Origin: Chiloscyllium plagiosum
Lineage: Eukaryota
Assembly: GCF_004010195.1 (NCBI RefSeq)
Contig: NC_057720.1
Location: 13,719,189-13,783,188, forward strand
DNA length: 64,000 nucleotides
Reading direction: 5' to 3'
Shown piece by piece: positions 38,074 to 50,530 of this stretch. The translations under genes and the position numbers were made by a program. The notes below the pieces were generated by a model. That model ran no database searches. It was not told the DNA's origin and was given only the letters and a program-made list of their open reading frames with translations. Positions within the stretch are counted from its first letter, which is position 1. The number at the start of each line of letters is the position of its first letter.

Positions 38074-40159
38074 TTGGAGTAGTGAGACCACAGAGGGAGA
38101 GAGTGTGTGCATGTGGTGTGCATTATTCCCATCTCAGCCATAGTAAAAGTGAGTAAGAGATTAGAAGCCACACTTGGAGGAATGCAGAGCTCTTTAAGGA
38201 TTATTAGCTGGAGGGGTGGGGTGAAACCATGGAGAGTTCTGAACACCTGAATTTTCAAATGTAAAATTCAGGTGCAATCCTTGATGACGCACGGCCAGCG
38301 AGAACGTGCACTCTCACCTCAAGATAAAAAGTGACTTGGGCTAACCAAGTCAAGCCCCCTCTCCACATCCCTAGAGGAGGCATGTTCGACACAGTGCAAA
38401 ATGCAACCTTCTTGGTGTTAACCTGTATCTCTGTTTATGCTGATCTCTGTGTGGTCGGCACAGTTTCACACCTCCCTGACACACTGCAAATGAAATGTGC
38501 GTGGGAGCAGATGCAGTCTGTCTGGAATTCTAACAAAAATCGTAAAATAATTATCAGTAATTAACAAGATGTACTTGGAATCCGAGGAGAGAGAAAGCGC
38601 AGTTGAGTTCTTGTGTTGTTCTAGCAGCCTCTAGATAGCTGTGAGTGGGCTGGTGTGGGATTGAGCGTGAGCTGTTCAGGGCGGAGAAAGATTTCTGTAT
38701 TAAGTGGTATCTCTTGGTATCTAGAGGGGCTGGCTTGTCCACTTCCCTTCAAATTCCACCCTGGAATCCATTATTATTCATCATCGTGCGAAAGCCAAAT
38801 AAATCTGCTGCAAACCGTCGAAGAAATCAAAACATTTGTCAAGTTAGGCGACGTTAAAAATAAAACTAGTTTATGCTGGTGCTGTGTTCCTCCAACCTGT
38901 TTTTAAATTTCTGATGTGATTTGCTCACATTTATCTGTAAGCTCCATTTAGTTTTCTGACAGTGTGGAATGACTGACTTGGAGTGATCGATAGAGGTACC
39001 TGCCCTAATGGCAAGCCCAAACTGTGCCCAGCAGTGCAGAGTACATTGATAAATTGACAGCAACAGCTCCGTTCTCTGGCTGCAGTGAAGATGGGGCCAC
39101 TAGGAGAAGGGAAAATGCATGCACTCAGAGGCTGGCAGTGGAAAACCTTCCTGGGTTTGTTAAGTAAACGCTTAAACCTGACAGCCACACAGTTGAAATT
39201 CTAAATTAGCCTTTTGGATTAGTATTTCTCTGCTTTTGCATCAGGAAATGTCTTGCTAATCACTATTGAGGCAGCAGACAACATCATAAAATTACACTGC
39301 TCCTCAGGTGTACATTCAAACAAGAAAAATGGGCTACACAGAAGGTGGCATTCGATTTGTTTTGGCACAGTTATACCTCTCTGCTCTTATAGACTGGAAT
39401 GTTAAAGCTGTTATATTCACCCCCGTTCCTCACCCCATCCCCCAGTGTGAGACACGCTCATTACACCAGAGCTGGGGACTCTAATGAGGTCTTAAAGCCT
39501 TGAGGCTTCATTTATTCAGCTGGGGTTTTGTCATTGGGAATGTGGTTCAGGAGCATTCCTATCCTCACCCTTCACTTGGCACCGACCACACGTCCTCCTT
39601 TGCCACACTGGAACTTCCCCAGGCCTCGGCAACAGACTCTCTGGACCATGCATTCCTTCCTTCCGGACCCCCCAGCCATACAATCCCCCCCTATCCCTCC
39701 CCCCGCCTCCCCCACTCCACACCCCAGTGCAGCCCTGATTTCAATCCTCCTCCAATTGTCAAGTTGTTTCAAAATGGTTGCCTGTTCAACTTTTGTTTCT
39801 TCAACTCTTGAAACTCCGGGTCAGTCCTGGTAGGGGGTTAGCAACAACAACTCAGGTTTGCATTTTCCGCCAGATAAATTCTGTGGGATAGTGAACAGAT
39901 GAAGTGAGAAACGCTGGTTTTCCCAATAGGTCTGTCAGGTTTAAGACTTGACTTGTGCTGAGCTACCCGTGGTTCACGGGGGCAGAGGTGAGGCACTACA
40001 ATTGACCTCTCTATATTCATGCTGAGGAGGAACAGGAGTTAAAAAAAAACACAGCCAAGTCTCTAGCCTACAATCAGTAGTGTCCTTTGCTGGACATTGG
40101 GGACACTGGTCGAGGACAGGGACAGACTGAGACGCGATATATTTTCAATTAATTATTAT

Positions 40160-40560
40160 AAGCAGGAAGTTACATTTATGTAGCACCTTTTGCAAGGCCA
40201 ACAGCTTCTCCACAGCTGAAGGAGTACATCTGAGGTCTACCCACTACTGCAGTGCAGGGAGTATGGGAACCAATTTCACACAGCAAGATCCCAGAAACAC
40301 GAATAGAATGAATAAGCACATGGTCGATTTTAGATTTTAACTGAGGGATAAATGTTGGCCAGGGCACTGAATTATCTCCCTCATTCTCTCTGTACATAGA
40401 CAGGGCCTTGTTTTATCCAAAGTATGGCATTTTGACCAGTTTTGCACTCAGTCAGTACTGCGCTGGGAGTGTCAGCCTGCATTCTGGGGTCAAGACACTG
40501 CAGCACAAGCTGACAACTCCCGAAGGATGCAACCCTCTGAACTGACTTCACTTGTGCTCA
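40160..40560 (-). mobile_element. Deu-domain SINE, degraded
   Basis: ccaatttcacacagcaagatccca..gagggataaatgttggccaggg..gcactcagtcagtactgcgctgggagtgtcagcct (reverse complement of the Deu-SINE body). Confidence 0.65.
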
Positions 40561-41132
40561 GACAGCAAGGATGGCAGCAGGAGTAAGTTAGTGAGAAAGG
40601 CTCCATATTCCCAGCCTGTAGAGGAGAAAGACCTGGAAAATTGGGGATGAAAGGGTTAACAGAGTATCTCCAGCCTTCGATTTTAATTGTTGCTCCAAAG
40701 TACTTCCACTTGCCAGCTGGGCAATTTTGAACAAATTCTTCATGTAGCTGTTCCTGTCAATCACATTGATTAAAAAAAATCACATCAGGCTTTTCCCTTA
40801 TTTGCTTTTCAAGTCACTGCAGCAACCTCGAGCAGTGGGAGGAGACAGTCCGACTGCAGGCTAACACACCTACCCAGAACCAATTGTCAAAGTGAGGAGG
40901 GAGGGGATGCTACACCCTGCATATTTATACACAGTGTCACCGTGAACCTTGTGGGTAACCCCACCTAGCGGCTCTGGAGAGAAGTATTTATTGTCCATGT
41001 ATGTGGGCATGGTGACCTATAGCAGAACTTCAACTCTGTCTCCAATTTCCCTGTAAGATCATACTGCAACCCCGATTTAAGAGATTGCCTAACCTGTATT
41101 GTTATTGGGTCCTGGGTTCGAAACCCTGGAAA

Positions 41133-41449
41133 TGGGGAAGGTGGTGATTCAGTGGTATGTGACTGGACTTGTAATGCGGAACACACAGATTAATGGGTTC
41201 AAATTCCACCATGGTAGATAGTGAAATTTGTATTTAATAAAAAAAACTGGGATAAAGAGCTGGCTGATTATCGTAAAAAAACCATCCAGTTTAATACTGT
41301 TTTTTAGGGAAGGTAAATCTGCCATCCTTAGCTGGTCTGGTCTACGTGTGAGTTCAGGGCTGCTGTAACATGGCTGACTGTTACCTGTCCTGTGGGCAAT
41401 TCGCGGTGGGCTTGGCCCGCAACACCCTCATCCCGTGAATGAATAAAAA
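41133..41449 (+). mobile_element. SINE family B
   Basis: gggttcaaattccaccatggtagatagtgaaatttg..agggaaggtaaatctgccatcctta..catcccgtgaatgaataaaaa. Confidence 0.78.
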
Positions 41450-41928
41450 CATAATGCCTGGCTCACTTTACCTCTGCAGCAGTTAGCTCACCACCACCTT
41501 TATCAGGGAGCTCATAGTTGGATGCTGGATAATCTATGAATTCCTTGTGACAGCTTGCTTTTGGATGGGGTACTGAATGGTCAACCACAGCACTGAAGAC
41601 TTGCACAACTACAATAGAGTTTGATTTCGATAAATGTGAGGTGTTACATGTTTGCAACACAAGCCAGGGCAGGACTTACACAGTTAATGGTAGGGCCCTG
41701 GGGAGCGTTGCCAAACAATAAAACCTAGGGGTGCATTTACATAGTTCCTTGAAAGAGGCAGGTAGACAGGGTGGTGAAGAAGGCATTTGGTACGGTTGCC
41801 TTCATTGGTCAGAACATTGAGTATAGGAGTTGGGAGGTCATGTTGCAACTGTTTAGGACATTGGTGAGGCCACTTTTACAACACTGCATGCAATTCTAGT
41901 CGCTCTGCTATAAGAAGGATGTTTTAAA

Positions 41929-42244
41929 GATTAGATTACTCACAGTGTGGAAACAGGCCCTTCGGCCCAACAAGTCCACACCGACCCCCCGAAGAGCAAC
42001 CCACCCAGACCCATTCCCCTACATTTACCCCTTCACTTCACACTACAAACAATTTAGCATGGCCAATTCACCTAACCTGCACATTTTTGGACTGTGGGAG
42101 GAAACCGGAGCACCCGGAGGAAACCCACGCAGACATGGGGAGAATGTGCAAACTCCACACAGTCAGTTGCCTGAGGTGGGAATTAAACCCGGGTCTCTGG
42201 CGCTGTGAGGCAGCAGCACTAACCACTGTGCCACCGTGCCGCCC
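41929..42244 (-). mobile_element. Young full-length V-SINE
   Basis: Runs from the gattagatta tail to the ccaccgtgccgccc head; CpG-rich. Confidence 0.95.
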
Positions 42245-42360
42245 AAAACTGGTGCCGAAAAAAGTTACAAGGATGTCACCGCGACTGGAGGGTTTGAGTT
42301 ACAAGGAGAGGCTTGGGCATTTTTGCTTGGACCATGGGAAGCTATAGGGTGACTTTACAG

Positions 42361-42590
42361 AAGAAAGTGAGGACTACAGATGGTAGAGATCAGATCTGAA
42401 GAATGTGGTACTGGGAAAGCACAGCACGGTGAGGCAGCATCTGAGGAGCAGGAGAGTCGATGTTTCGGGCATAAGCCTTTCATCAGGAACATCAGAATAC
42501 TGCTGATGAAGGGCTTATGCCCAAACGTCGACTCTCCTGCTCCTCAGATGCTGCCTGACATGCTGTGCTTTTCCAGCGCTACACTTTTCA
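42361..42590. mobile_element. PLE family A palindrome with opposed hammerheads
   Basis: tcgatgtttcgggcataagcctttcatcagg ... CTGATGAAGGGCTTATGCCCAAACGTCGA; agggtgac(t/c)tta flanks both sides. Confidence 0.88.
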
Positions 42591-43379
42591 AGGGTGACCT
42601 TATTGAATTACCAGGGGCATAGATAGGGTAAATAGCCAAAATCTTTTCCCAGAGTAGGGGAGTCCATAACTACAGTAGATTAAGGTGAGAGGAGAAAGAT
42701 TTAAAAAGGACCTGAGGGGCAACTTTTTTATGCAGAGTGTAATGTGTTTATAGAATGAGCTGCCAAAGGAAGTGGTGGAGGCTAGTACAATTGCAATATT
42801 TAAAAGGCATCTGGGTGGGGATATGAATAGGAAGGGTTTAGAGGGATATGGGCCAAATGCTGACAAAAAAGACTAATTCACTTTAGGATAATTGGTTAGT
42901 ATGGGTGAGTTGGACCGAAAGATCTGTTTCCGTTCTGTGTGACTCTATGACTGACTCTCCTCCAAAAACTTTGCACGTCTCCAATTCTGGTCTTCTTGGG
43001 CATTCCTTGATATTCCTTGCCTCACAAGCTAAATTGCTCTACCTTGATCCTCTCTTTTCTCGTGGAAGACACTATGTTTTGAGGAAAGGTCACTGGACTT
43101 GAAACGTTGACTCTGCTTTTCCTCCACAGATGCTGCCAACATTGGAGTTTCTCCAACTATTTCTGCTTTTGGTTCAGATTTCCAGCATCTGCAGATTTTG
43201 GTTTCATCATATTACTCTTCAAAACCTATTTGTGTGGCCAAGCATTGGATCACATCTTCAAATATTTTCTTGATCATTTTGGTTCAGATTTCTACCTGAT
43301 ATTGCTCCTGTGAAACAGCTTAAGTTGCTTTATTGCATTAAAGGTGTGATTTAAATACAATCCATTGCTGTGTTGCTAG

Positions 43380-44250
43380 GTGCATAAATGTGAGGTTATT
43401 CACTTTGCTATTAAAAATGGGAAGGAAGATTATTATTTGAATGGCTGTAAATTGAAAGAGGGGATGTTCAATGAGACCTGGATGTCCCCTTGCACTTGTT
43501 ACTGAAAGTAAGTGTGCAGGTACAGCAGACAATAATAAGACAAACTGTATGTTGGCCTTCATAGCAAGAAGATTTGAGTACGGATGCAAGGACACAACTG
43601 CAATATTGTGTGCAATTTTGACTTCCTTATCTGAGAAAGAGATTAGATTAGATTCCCTACAGTGTGGAAACAGGCCCTTCAGCTCAACCAATCCACATCA
43701 ACCCTCCGAAGAGTAACCCACCAAGACCCATTTCCCTCTGACTAATGCACCTAACACTACGGGCATTTTAGCCTGGGCAATTCACCTAACTTGCACACCT
43801 TTGAACTGTGGGAGGAAACCCACGCAGACACGGGAAGAACTAGCAAACTCCACACAGCCAGTCGCCCGAGGCTGGAATTGAACCTGGGACCCTGGTGCTG
43901 TGAGGCTGCAGTGCTAACCACTGAGCCACCGTGCTACCCCTTGCAATAGAGGGAGTGCAGCAAAAGTTTACCAAATTAATTCCTGAGATGGCAGGACTGA
44001 CCTATCAGGAGAAATTGAGTCAGTTAAGATTTTGTTCAGTAGAGTTTAGAAAAATGGACGTGGTGGTGGTGGGGAGGCGGGGTATCTCATAGAAACAGGT
44101 GAAATTCTAACAGGACTAGACAGGTTTGATGCAGGAAGGATGTTCCCAATGGTGCAGGAGTCCAGAGCTAATGGTATAGTTTAAGGATAAGTGGTAAATC
44201 TTTGAAGTGGAGAAATTTCTTCACCCAGAGAGTGATGAGCCTGTGGAATG
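43380..44250 (+). mobile_element. Older CR1 3' fragment
   Basis: KTNCMLAFIARRFEY; atagagggagtgcagcaaaagtttacc; ttcttcacccagagagtgatgagcctgtggaat. Confidence 0.8.
43640..43940 (-). mobile_element. V-SINE
   Basis: gattagattagattccc tail through cagtgctaaccactgagccaccgtgc head. Confidence 0.92.
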
Positions 44251-45560
44251 CAGGGAGAACTAGCCATCTAGATACAGAACTGGCTTGAAGGTAGACAGAG
44301 GGTGGTGGTGAAGGGTTGTTTTTGGTCCTCTACATTTGATGAACACATGCGTTTGCATTTTCTGACCATCCAGATACCTCTGAACATCCTCCGCTGTACC
44401 CAAGGTATTCATCCTTTCTTCAGAGTCACATCCTTTGAGTGCGACATCCTACATTCACCGCTGTACTCAAGGCTTTTTCTGAGTGTCATGCCTCACTGGG
44501 GTTGTGCACTGGAAACAAGGCCCACTATTCCCAGAATCCTCACAAGAGTTAACAATTTCATCAAAATATGCAAAAATCCGAATGTACCTGTCAAATCCAG
44601 GTTAACAGGAAACATAGACCAGTTCTTGATAAAATAAGAACTTTTATTTCTTACAAATAAATACGTTCTAACCATGCATAAACAATTATCAACTGTTGAC
44701 TTATAAGTCCAGTAGATAAAACATGGGCCAATGGGCTGAGGAGTGGAAGATGGAGGTTAATTTAGATAAATGTGAGGTGCTGCCTTTTTGAAAGGCAAAT
44801 CAGGGCATGACTTATACACTTAATGGTAAGGTCCTGGTGAGTGTTGCTGAACAAAGAGAGCTTGGAGTGCAGGTTCATAGCTTCTTGAAAGTGGAGTCAC
44901 AGGTAGATAGGATAGTGAAGAAGGCGTTTGGTATGCTTTCCTTTATTGGTCAGAGTATTGAGTAGAGGATTTGGGAGGTCATGTTGTGGCAGTATAGGAC
45001 ATTGCTTAGGCCACTTTTGGAATATTGTGTGCAATTCTGGTCTCCCTCATGCAGGAAGGATGTTGTGAAAGTTGAAAGGATTCAGAAAAAATTTACAAAG
45101 GTGTTGGAGGATTTGAGCTATAAGGAGAGGCTGAATAGGCTGAGGCTGTTTTCACTGGAACGTTGGAGGCTTAGGGGTGACCTGATCGAGTTTATAAAAT
45201 CATGAGGGGCATGGATAGGGTAAATAGGGTAAGTGCCCCAAAGTATTTTTGGAGTCGGAGAGTCCAGAACTGGAGAACATTAGTTTAGGGTGAGAGGGGA
45301 AAGATTTAAGAGGGACTGATGGGGGACATTTTTCACATAGAGGGTGGTGTGTGTATGGAATGAGCTGCCAGAGGAAGTGGTGGAGGCTGGTACAATTACA
45401 GCATTTAAAAGACATTTTTATAGGTACATGAATAGGAAGGGATTAGAGGGATATGGGCCAACCGCTGGCAAATGGGACTAGATTAGTTTGTGATATCTGG
45501 TTGGCATGGACGAGTTGGACTGAAGGGTCTGTTTTTGTGCTACATCTCTATGACTCTCTA
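44251..45560 (+). mobile_element. CR1 LINE RT and 3' end with its catalytic segment replaced by a local duplication
   Basis: QGELA..IQNWL..RQRVVVKGCF | insert | MGQWAEEW..DKCEVL; ORF 44981-45205 reads YRTLLRPLLEYCVQFWSP. Confidence 0.9.
44321..44722 (+). repeat. Diverged direct copy of 47114-47525 plus 47677-47684
   Basis: Shared start tttggtcctctacatttgatgaacacatgcg and shared end catgcataaacaattatcaactgttgacttataa; paralogous ORFs 44302-44637 and 47140-47448. Confidence 0.95.
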
Positions 45561-45901
45561 AGTACCTTTACACTAAGTGTTGCTGTGGCAGGAGTGTTAT
45601 TACACCAGAACCTACTTGGCAGCTGCAATGGTCCTGTGGAAGGATAGTGCAGACATCATCAGAGCAGGTCAGCACATTCAGTGCTCCACCTTGTCAATCC
45701 CTTTTCTGAGCCATGAATGAGGAAATTCAAAAAGGCCAGTGGAAATTAACATAAACTGGACTGGAAAAGTGGGATTGATGCAATTGGTGTAAATATTTAC
45801 GTCCATGTGCTTCTGCAATTCTGACTCATGTAATCAGGCCTCAGCTTGACTCGGTGGTGATGCTGGTGCTGTCGAGTCAGGAGCTGGTGCTTCTAGTCCC
45901 A

Positions 45902-46490
45902 AGATAAAAACAATGACTGCAGATGCTGGAAACCAGATTCTAGATTGGAGTGGTGCTGGAAAAGCACAGCAGTTCAGGCAGCATCCAAGGAGCATTGTGG
46001 GTGGCACGGTGGCACAGTGGTTAGCACTGCTGCCTCACAGCGCCAGAGACCCGGGTTCAATTCCCGACTCAGACGACTGACTGTGTGGAGTTTGCACATT
46101 CTCCCCGTGTCTGCGTGGGTTTCCTCCAGGTGCTCCGATTTCCTCCCACAGTCCAAAGATGTGCAGGTCAGGTGAATTGGCCATGCTAAATTGCCCGTAG
46201 TGTTAGGTAAGGGGTAAATGTAAATGTAGGGGTATGGGTGGGTTGCACATCGGCGGGTCGGTGTGGACTTGTTGGGCCGAAGGGCCTGTTTCCACACTGT
46301 AATGTAATCTAATCTAATCTAATGAGCAGTAAAAGCCCTTCATCAGGAAACAGGCAGAGGGCCTGAAGGGTGGAGAGATAAGTGAGAGGATGGTGGGGGT
46401 GGGGAGAAAGTAGCATAGAGTAATGACCTGGGAGTTGCAGTGGGAGAGGGACTCCCTGAGATTCTTGTAGAGAGAGGAGGAGTCCCAATA
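45902..46490 (-). mobile_element. PLE family A terminal region interrupted by a SINE
   Basis: aaaaacaatgactgcagatgctggaaaccagattc..gcagcatccaaggagca | SINE | gagcagtaaaagcccttcatcagg. Confidence 0.85.
45999..46323 (+). mobile_element. Young full-length V-SINE
   Basis: gggtggcacggtggcacagtggttagcactgc head, V-domain, (ctaat)n tail; gagca is duplicated at 45990 and 46324. Confidence 0.95.
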
Positions 46491-46733
46491 CAGTCCCAAT
46501 ACAGTTTGACAGAGCTCTTGTTACCTACCATCTTCCAGCTGACTCCCAGCAGTTCTGAATGTTGACAATTTCTGTTTCAGAACACTCCTGTGAAGCACTT
46601 CAAATGCTTTCCTATCTTGGAGAAGCCACACAAATGCAAGCTTTAGTTGTTGTGTCTCAGGCGGGATATTTTGGGATAGGAATAATGCAGATTCAGGAGA
46701 ATGATATCGGAGCTGAACAGGTTAAATTATAAG

Positions 46734-46898
46734 AAATTCCTCAGCCACATTAGGGAGATTTAAACACTCCTTAGATAAGCACATGGATGATTTTGGGATA
46801 GTGTAGGGGGACAAGCTGAGAATAGTTCACAGGATGGTGCAACATCGAGGGCCGAAGGGCCTGTTCTGCGCCCTATGTTCTATGTTCTATGTTCTATG
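46734..46898 (+). mobile_element. Short CR1 3'-end element with (TATGTTC)n tail
   Basis: Closely similar to 54947-55102; tail gagggccgaagggcctgttctg. Confidence 0.8.
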
Positions 46899-47525
46899 AA
46901 ATGTTGCAAGGTTTGTTTTCATGACAGATCACTTCTTAACTGATCTTTCTTTGAGACGCCCTCAATCCACACAATAATGTCAGCTGCCTTCAGAAGTTCT
47001 TTTTACTCTTCTTTTATTACTCACAATTTATGCTTTGATTATTGCTGGGACAAGCCGGTGAGTACTCGTATTGAATGACTGTCTTTTTCCCTTTAACTGG
47101 ATATAGCAACCCCTTTGGTCCTCTACATTTGATGAACACATGCGTTTGCATTTTCTGACCATCCAGATATCTCTGAGAATCCTCCGCTTTACCCAAGTTT
47201 CACAAGCTGTTATCCCCATTCATCCTTTCTTCAGAGTCACATTCATTGAGTGCTATACCCCACACTCATCGCTGTACTCAAGGCTTTTTCAGAGTGTCAT
47301 GCCTCACTGGGGTTGTGCACTGGAAACAAGGCCCACTATTCCCAGAATCCTCTCAAGAGTTACTAATTTTATCAAAATATGCAAAAATCCTAATGTACCT
47401 GTCAGATCCAGGTTAACAGGAAACATGGACCAGTCCTCGATAAAATAAGAACGACTATTTCTTACAAATAAATATGTCTTAACCATGCATAAACAATTAT
47501 CAACTGTTGACTTATAACTCCACTA

Positions 47526-47663
47526 GGCGAAAATGAGGATTGCAGATGCTGGAGATTAGAGTTAAGATTAGAGTCTGATGAAGGACTCCTGCCTGAATCG
47601 TCGATTTTACTGCTCCTCGGATGCTGCCTGACTTGCTGTGCTTTTCCAGCACCACTCTAATCA
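47526..47663. mobile_element. PLE family A short insert with 13-bp TSD
   Basis: TCTGATGAAGGACTCCTGCCTGAATCGTCGA; TSD tataactccacta at 47513-47525 and 47664-47676. Confidence 0.85.
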
Positions 47664-50024
47664 TATAACTCCACTACATAAATCTCTCACATCCCTTCTA
47701 AACTTCCCTACATAAACAGTCTGACATACACAGACCTCAGTCCATGGGTTCACCAAGATGATCTGTTGCTTGCCAGAATTTCTTTATTTTCAATCTCTTC
47801 TCTTCAAGTCCTCTTCACCTCTTGGCAGGAGGTATAGGCAATTAGTTACTAAGTATCTTCATTACTGTTTACAATTTGTCATAACTTGGAGGGAAAAATT
47901 GATTGGATTTCTTCAGCTTTAACATATTTTATTGGAGAGAAAGACATACCACTTGCTCCTTTGGCGCAGTCCAAAGGCTTCTGCCAGTACTCTGAATAGC
48001 CACAAGCTGTCAGATAATTGTTGTCAAGTTGGTGGCCTTTGCCATCCACAATTGGTTTGAATTCTGCAGACCAATCAGCAACTTATTGATGGTCGAATAT
48101 CATTTTGTATGTAGTTACCAGCCCATTTACAAACACTTCCCCCTCTCCCACTGCTTGAACAAAACAGCTTTGTAAAGGTGATGCACAATGTGGTTCAATA
48201 TCCTGCTTTTTAAAATGACAGTGATTCCATCCTCAGTCCTTTGCAGCAAAGGTCCTATTTCCATTTCTGTCCACAATAAAAAAATATAGAAAAATAAAAT
48301 GATACCATCTTTACAAGATTCCACTGACCACCAGATGCTACTTCAGTCACCAGTCATGCCTCTTGCCACCAGTTGTATCGACTAACTTGTGTTCCTTAAG
48401 CAATGAGAAGCGAAGGGGTATTTGATGTGTTAATGATGATTAAAGGAATTGATATGGTAGACTGATATGCTTTGGTAAGACTGCCAGACCATTGAGAGTA
48501 TAACTTGAAAATTAGTGCTTGGCTACTCAGAGGACTGGCAGGAAATACCTCTTCATTTAAGAAGATGTGGAAACCTGGATCTCATCTTCCTCCATTCCCA
48601 AATGATAATGAGGCCAGGGAGTGAATTAAAAATTACAAAACAGAGACTGATAGATTTTTCTGAGGACAGGGTATCGAGGGGTCTGGAATTGAAGACCATT
48701 ATTGATATTAATCTGCAGTGATTTAACTGAAGGGTAGAACAGACTGGAAGCTGAATGGCCTAATCAACATCTCCTTAGGCTTGAGCACATTGACAGTCCA
48801 GTGCACTATTGAGGATATACAACAGTAGCAGAGCTGTTGTCTTTTCACAGGTGATCTGAAGCTGATTCCTCACAGGTATAACCATCACCTTAACAAGACC
48901 CATTAAGGATGGGCAACAAATTTTGATTTTGCCAGTCATGTTCAAAATCCATGAAACACTTTTCAAAAATAAAGTTGGCCACGCAAAAGATTAAAAATAG
49001 AAAAGGCAGTTGTCCCTGAAACCTCCCTATTGAAACAGATGAACTAATGATTCATATTGCCATGTGCAAATTGGCTGCAGTGTTTGCCTGTATAGCAGCA
49101 GCGACTAAACTTCAAAGTAATTTATTGGCTGTAAAATGCTTTGGTTTCTCTTGAGGACCTGAAAAGCATTACATAAATGTAAAATCTTTCTTTTTTTATT
49201 ACCATCTGGATGAGTGTTCAACTCGCCCAGCTCTTTTGATTTTATAAACTAGGTTAATTTTTACAAACTCAGATTGAGAGCTGAGTGCCTTTACTTTTTC
49301 AATATTCATTAGCTACATCACTCTTGCGTGGATCAGAACTATCGGCATGGAATTTAGAGGGCTGATGTCCCAATTATTCAATTCTGCAAAGTTGATTACT
49401 ACTTGGAGAGTTGAAAACTGAATATTCTTCCCTAGACCAAGAGTAAGAATGTTGGACAACATTTCTCCCTGAGACCACCACTGTATTGCTCTGACACCTG
49501 TCTCCCTGAGACCACAACTATTTGAATAACTTGTGATTGTTCTTTCTTGCTTTCTTCCATTCTGCCCCCAGTTAGTGGAAATCCATGGCATAGAGATAAT
49601 ATCACAAGACAAATGTTGCAGACTAATTTCCTGTGGACATTGGTCCAAATCCCACCACAGCACTGGTGGAATTTCAATTCAGTTAATATTGAAAACTAGT
49701 CACAATGGCAACCGGGAAGCCATCATCAATTATTTTAAAGATTCATCTGGTTCACTAATGCCCTTTCAGGAAGGAAATCTGCTGTCCTTACCTGGCCTGG
49801 CCTACTGGAGACACCAGATGCACAGCACCATGGTTGACTCTTAACTGCCCACAAAGTGATCCAACAAGTTGTTCAATTAAGGGGAAATTGGGGATAGGCA
49901 ACAAACCCTGACCTTGCCATCTGAATGAAGAAAAGGAGAGAAAGAACCACTTCAAAGACATAATAATATAGTCAGAGTTCAAGATTGGAGCGGATTAGAG
50001 TTTGAATTCATTAGTCCTACTGTT

Positions 50025-50530
50025 ATAGAATTATGGTCATACAGTCATACAGCACGGAAACAGACCCTACTCCTCAGATGCTGCCTGACCTGCTGTGCTT
50101 TTCCAACACCACTCTCTTCGACTCTGATCTCCAGCATCTGCAGTCTTCACTTTCTCCTTTGGTCCACCTAGTCCAAGCCGACCGTAATCTCAAACTAAAC
50201 AAGTCCCTCCTGACTGCATTTGGCCAATGTCCTTCCAAACGTTTCTTATTCATGTACTTAAACAAATGTCTTTTAAATGTTGCAATTAGACCTGTACCCA
50301 CAACTTCCTCTGCAAGTTCATTCCACACACGAACCAGTCTCTGTGTAAAAAAAGCTTGGCTCTCATGCCTTTTTTAAAATCTTTCTCCTGTCACCAAACA
50401 AAAAATGCCCCTAGTCTTGAAATCACCCACCCTCGGTAAAGTACATCTGTCATTCACCTTATCAGTACTCCTCATGATTTTATAAACCTCCATAAGGTCA
50501 CCCCTCAACCTCCTATGCTACAGAGAAAAA
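50025..50530 (-). mobile_element. CR1 3' end with PLE insert (50069-50157)
   Basis: ORF 50074-50328 reads WNELAEEVVGTGLIATFKRHLFKYM. Confidence 0.85.

Larger units (their letters stand above)
41610..42952 (+). mobile_element. CR1 LINE 3' third with nested SINE and PLE inserts
   Basis: gataaatgtgaggtgttacat (DKCEVLH), gtagacagggtggtgaagaaggca (VDRVVKKA), ttggtgaggccactt, and tail gactctatgact. Confidence 0.9.

Noticed and set aside
41463..41600. Protein-like minus-strand stretch ending in a GAG|GTAAAG donor
   Set aside because: No acceptor (the upstream side runs into a CR1) and no recognisable homology.
45999..46070. tRNA-like sequences with A and B boxes (also 5098, 13965, 14803, 42170 and others)
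   Set aside because: These are SINE heads: no complete cloverleaf with a paired acceptor stem, and most continue into the V-SINE body.
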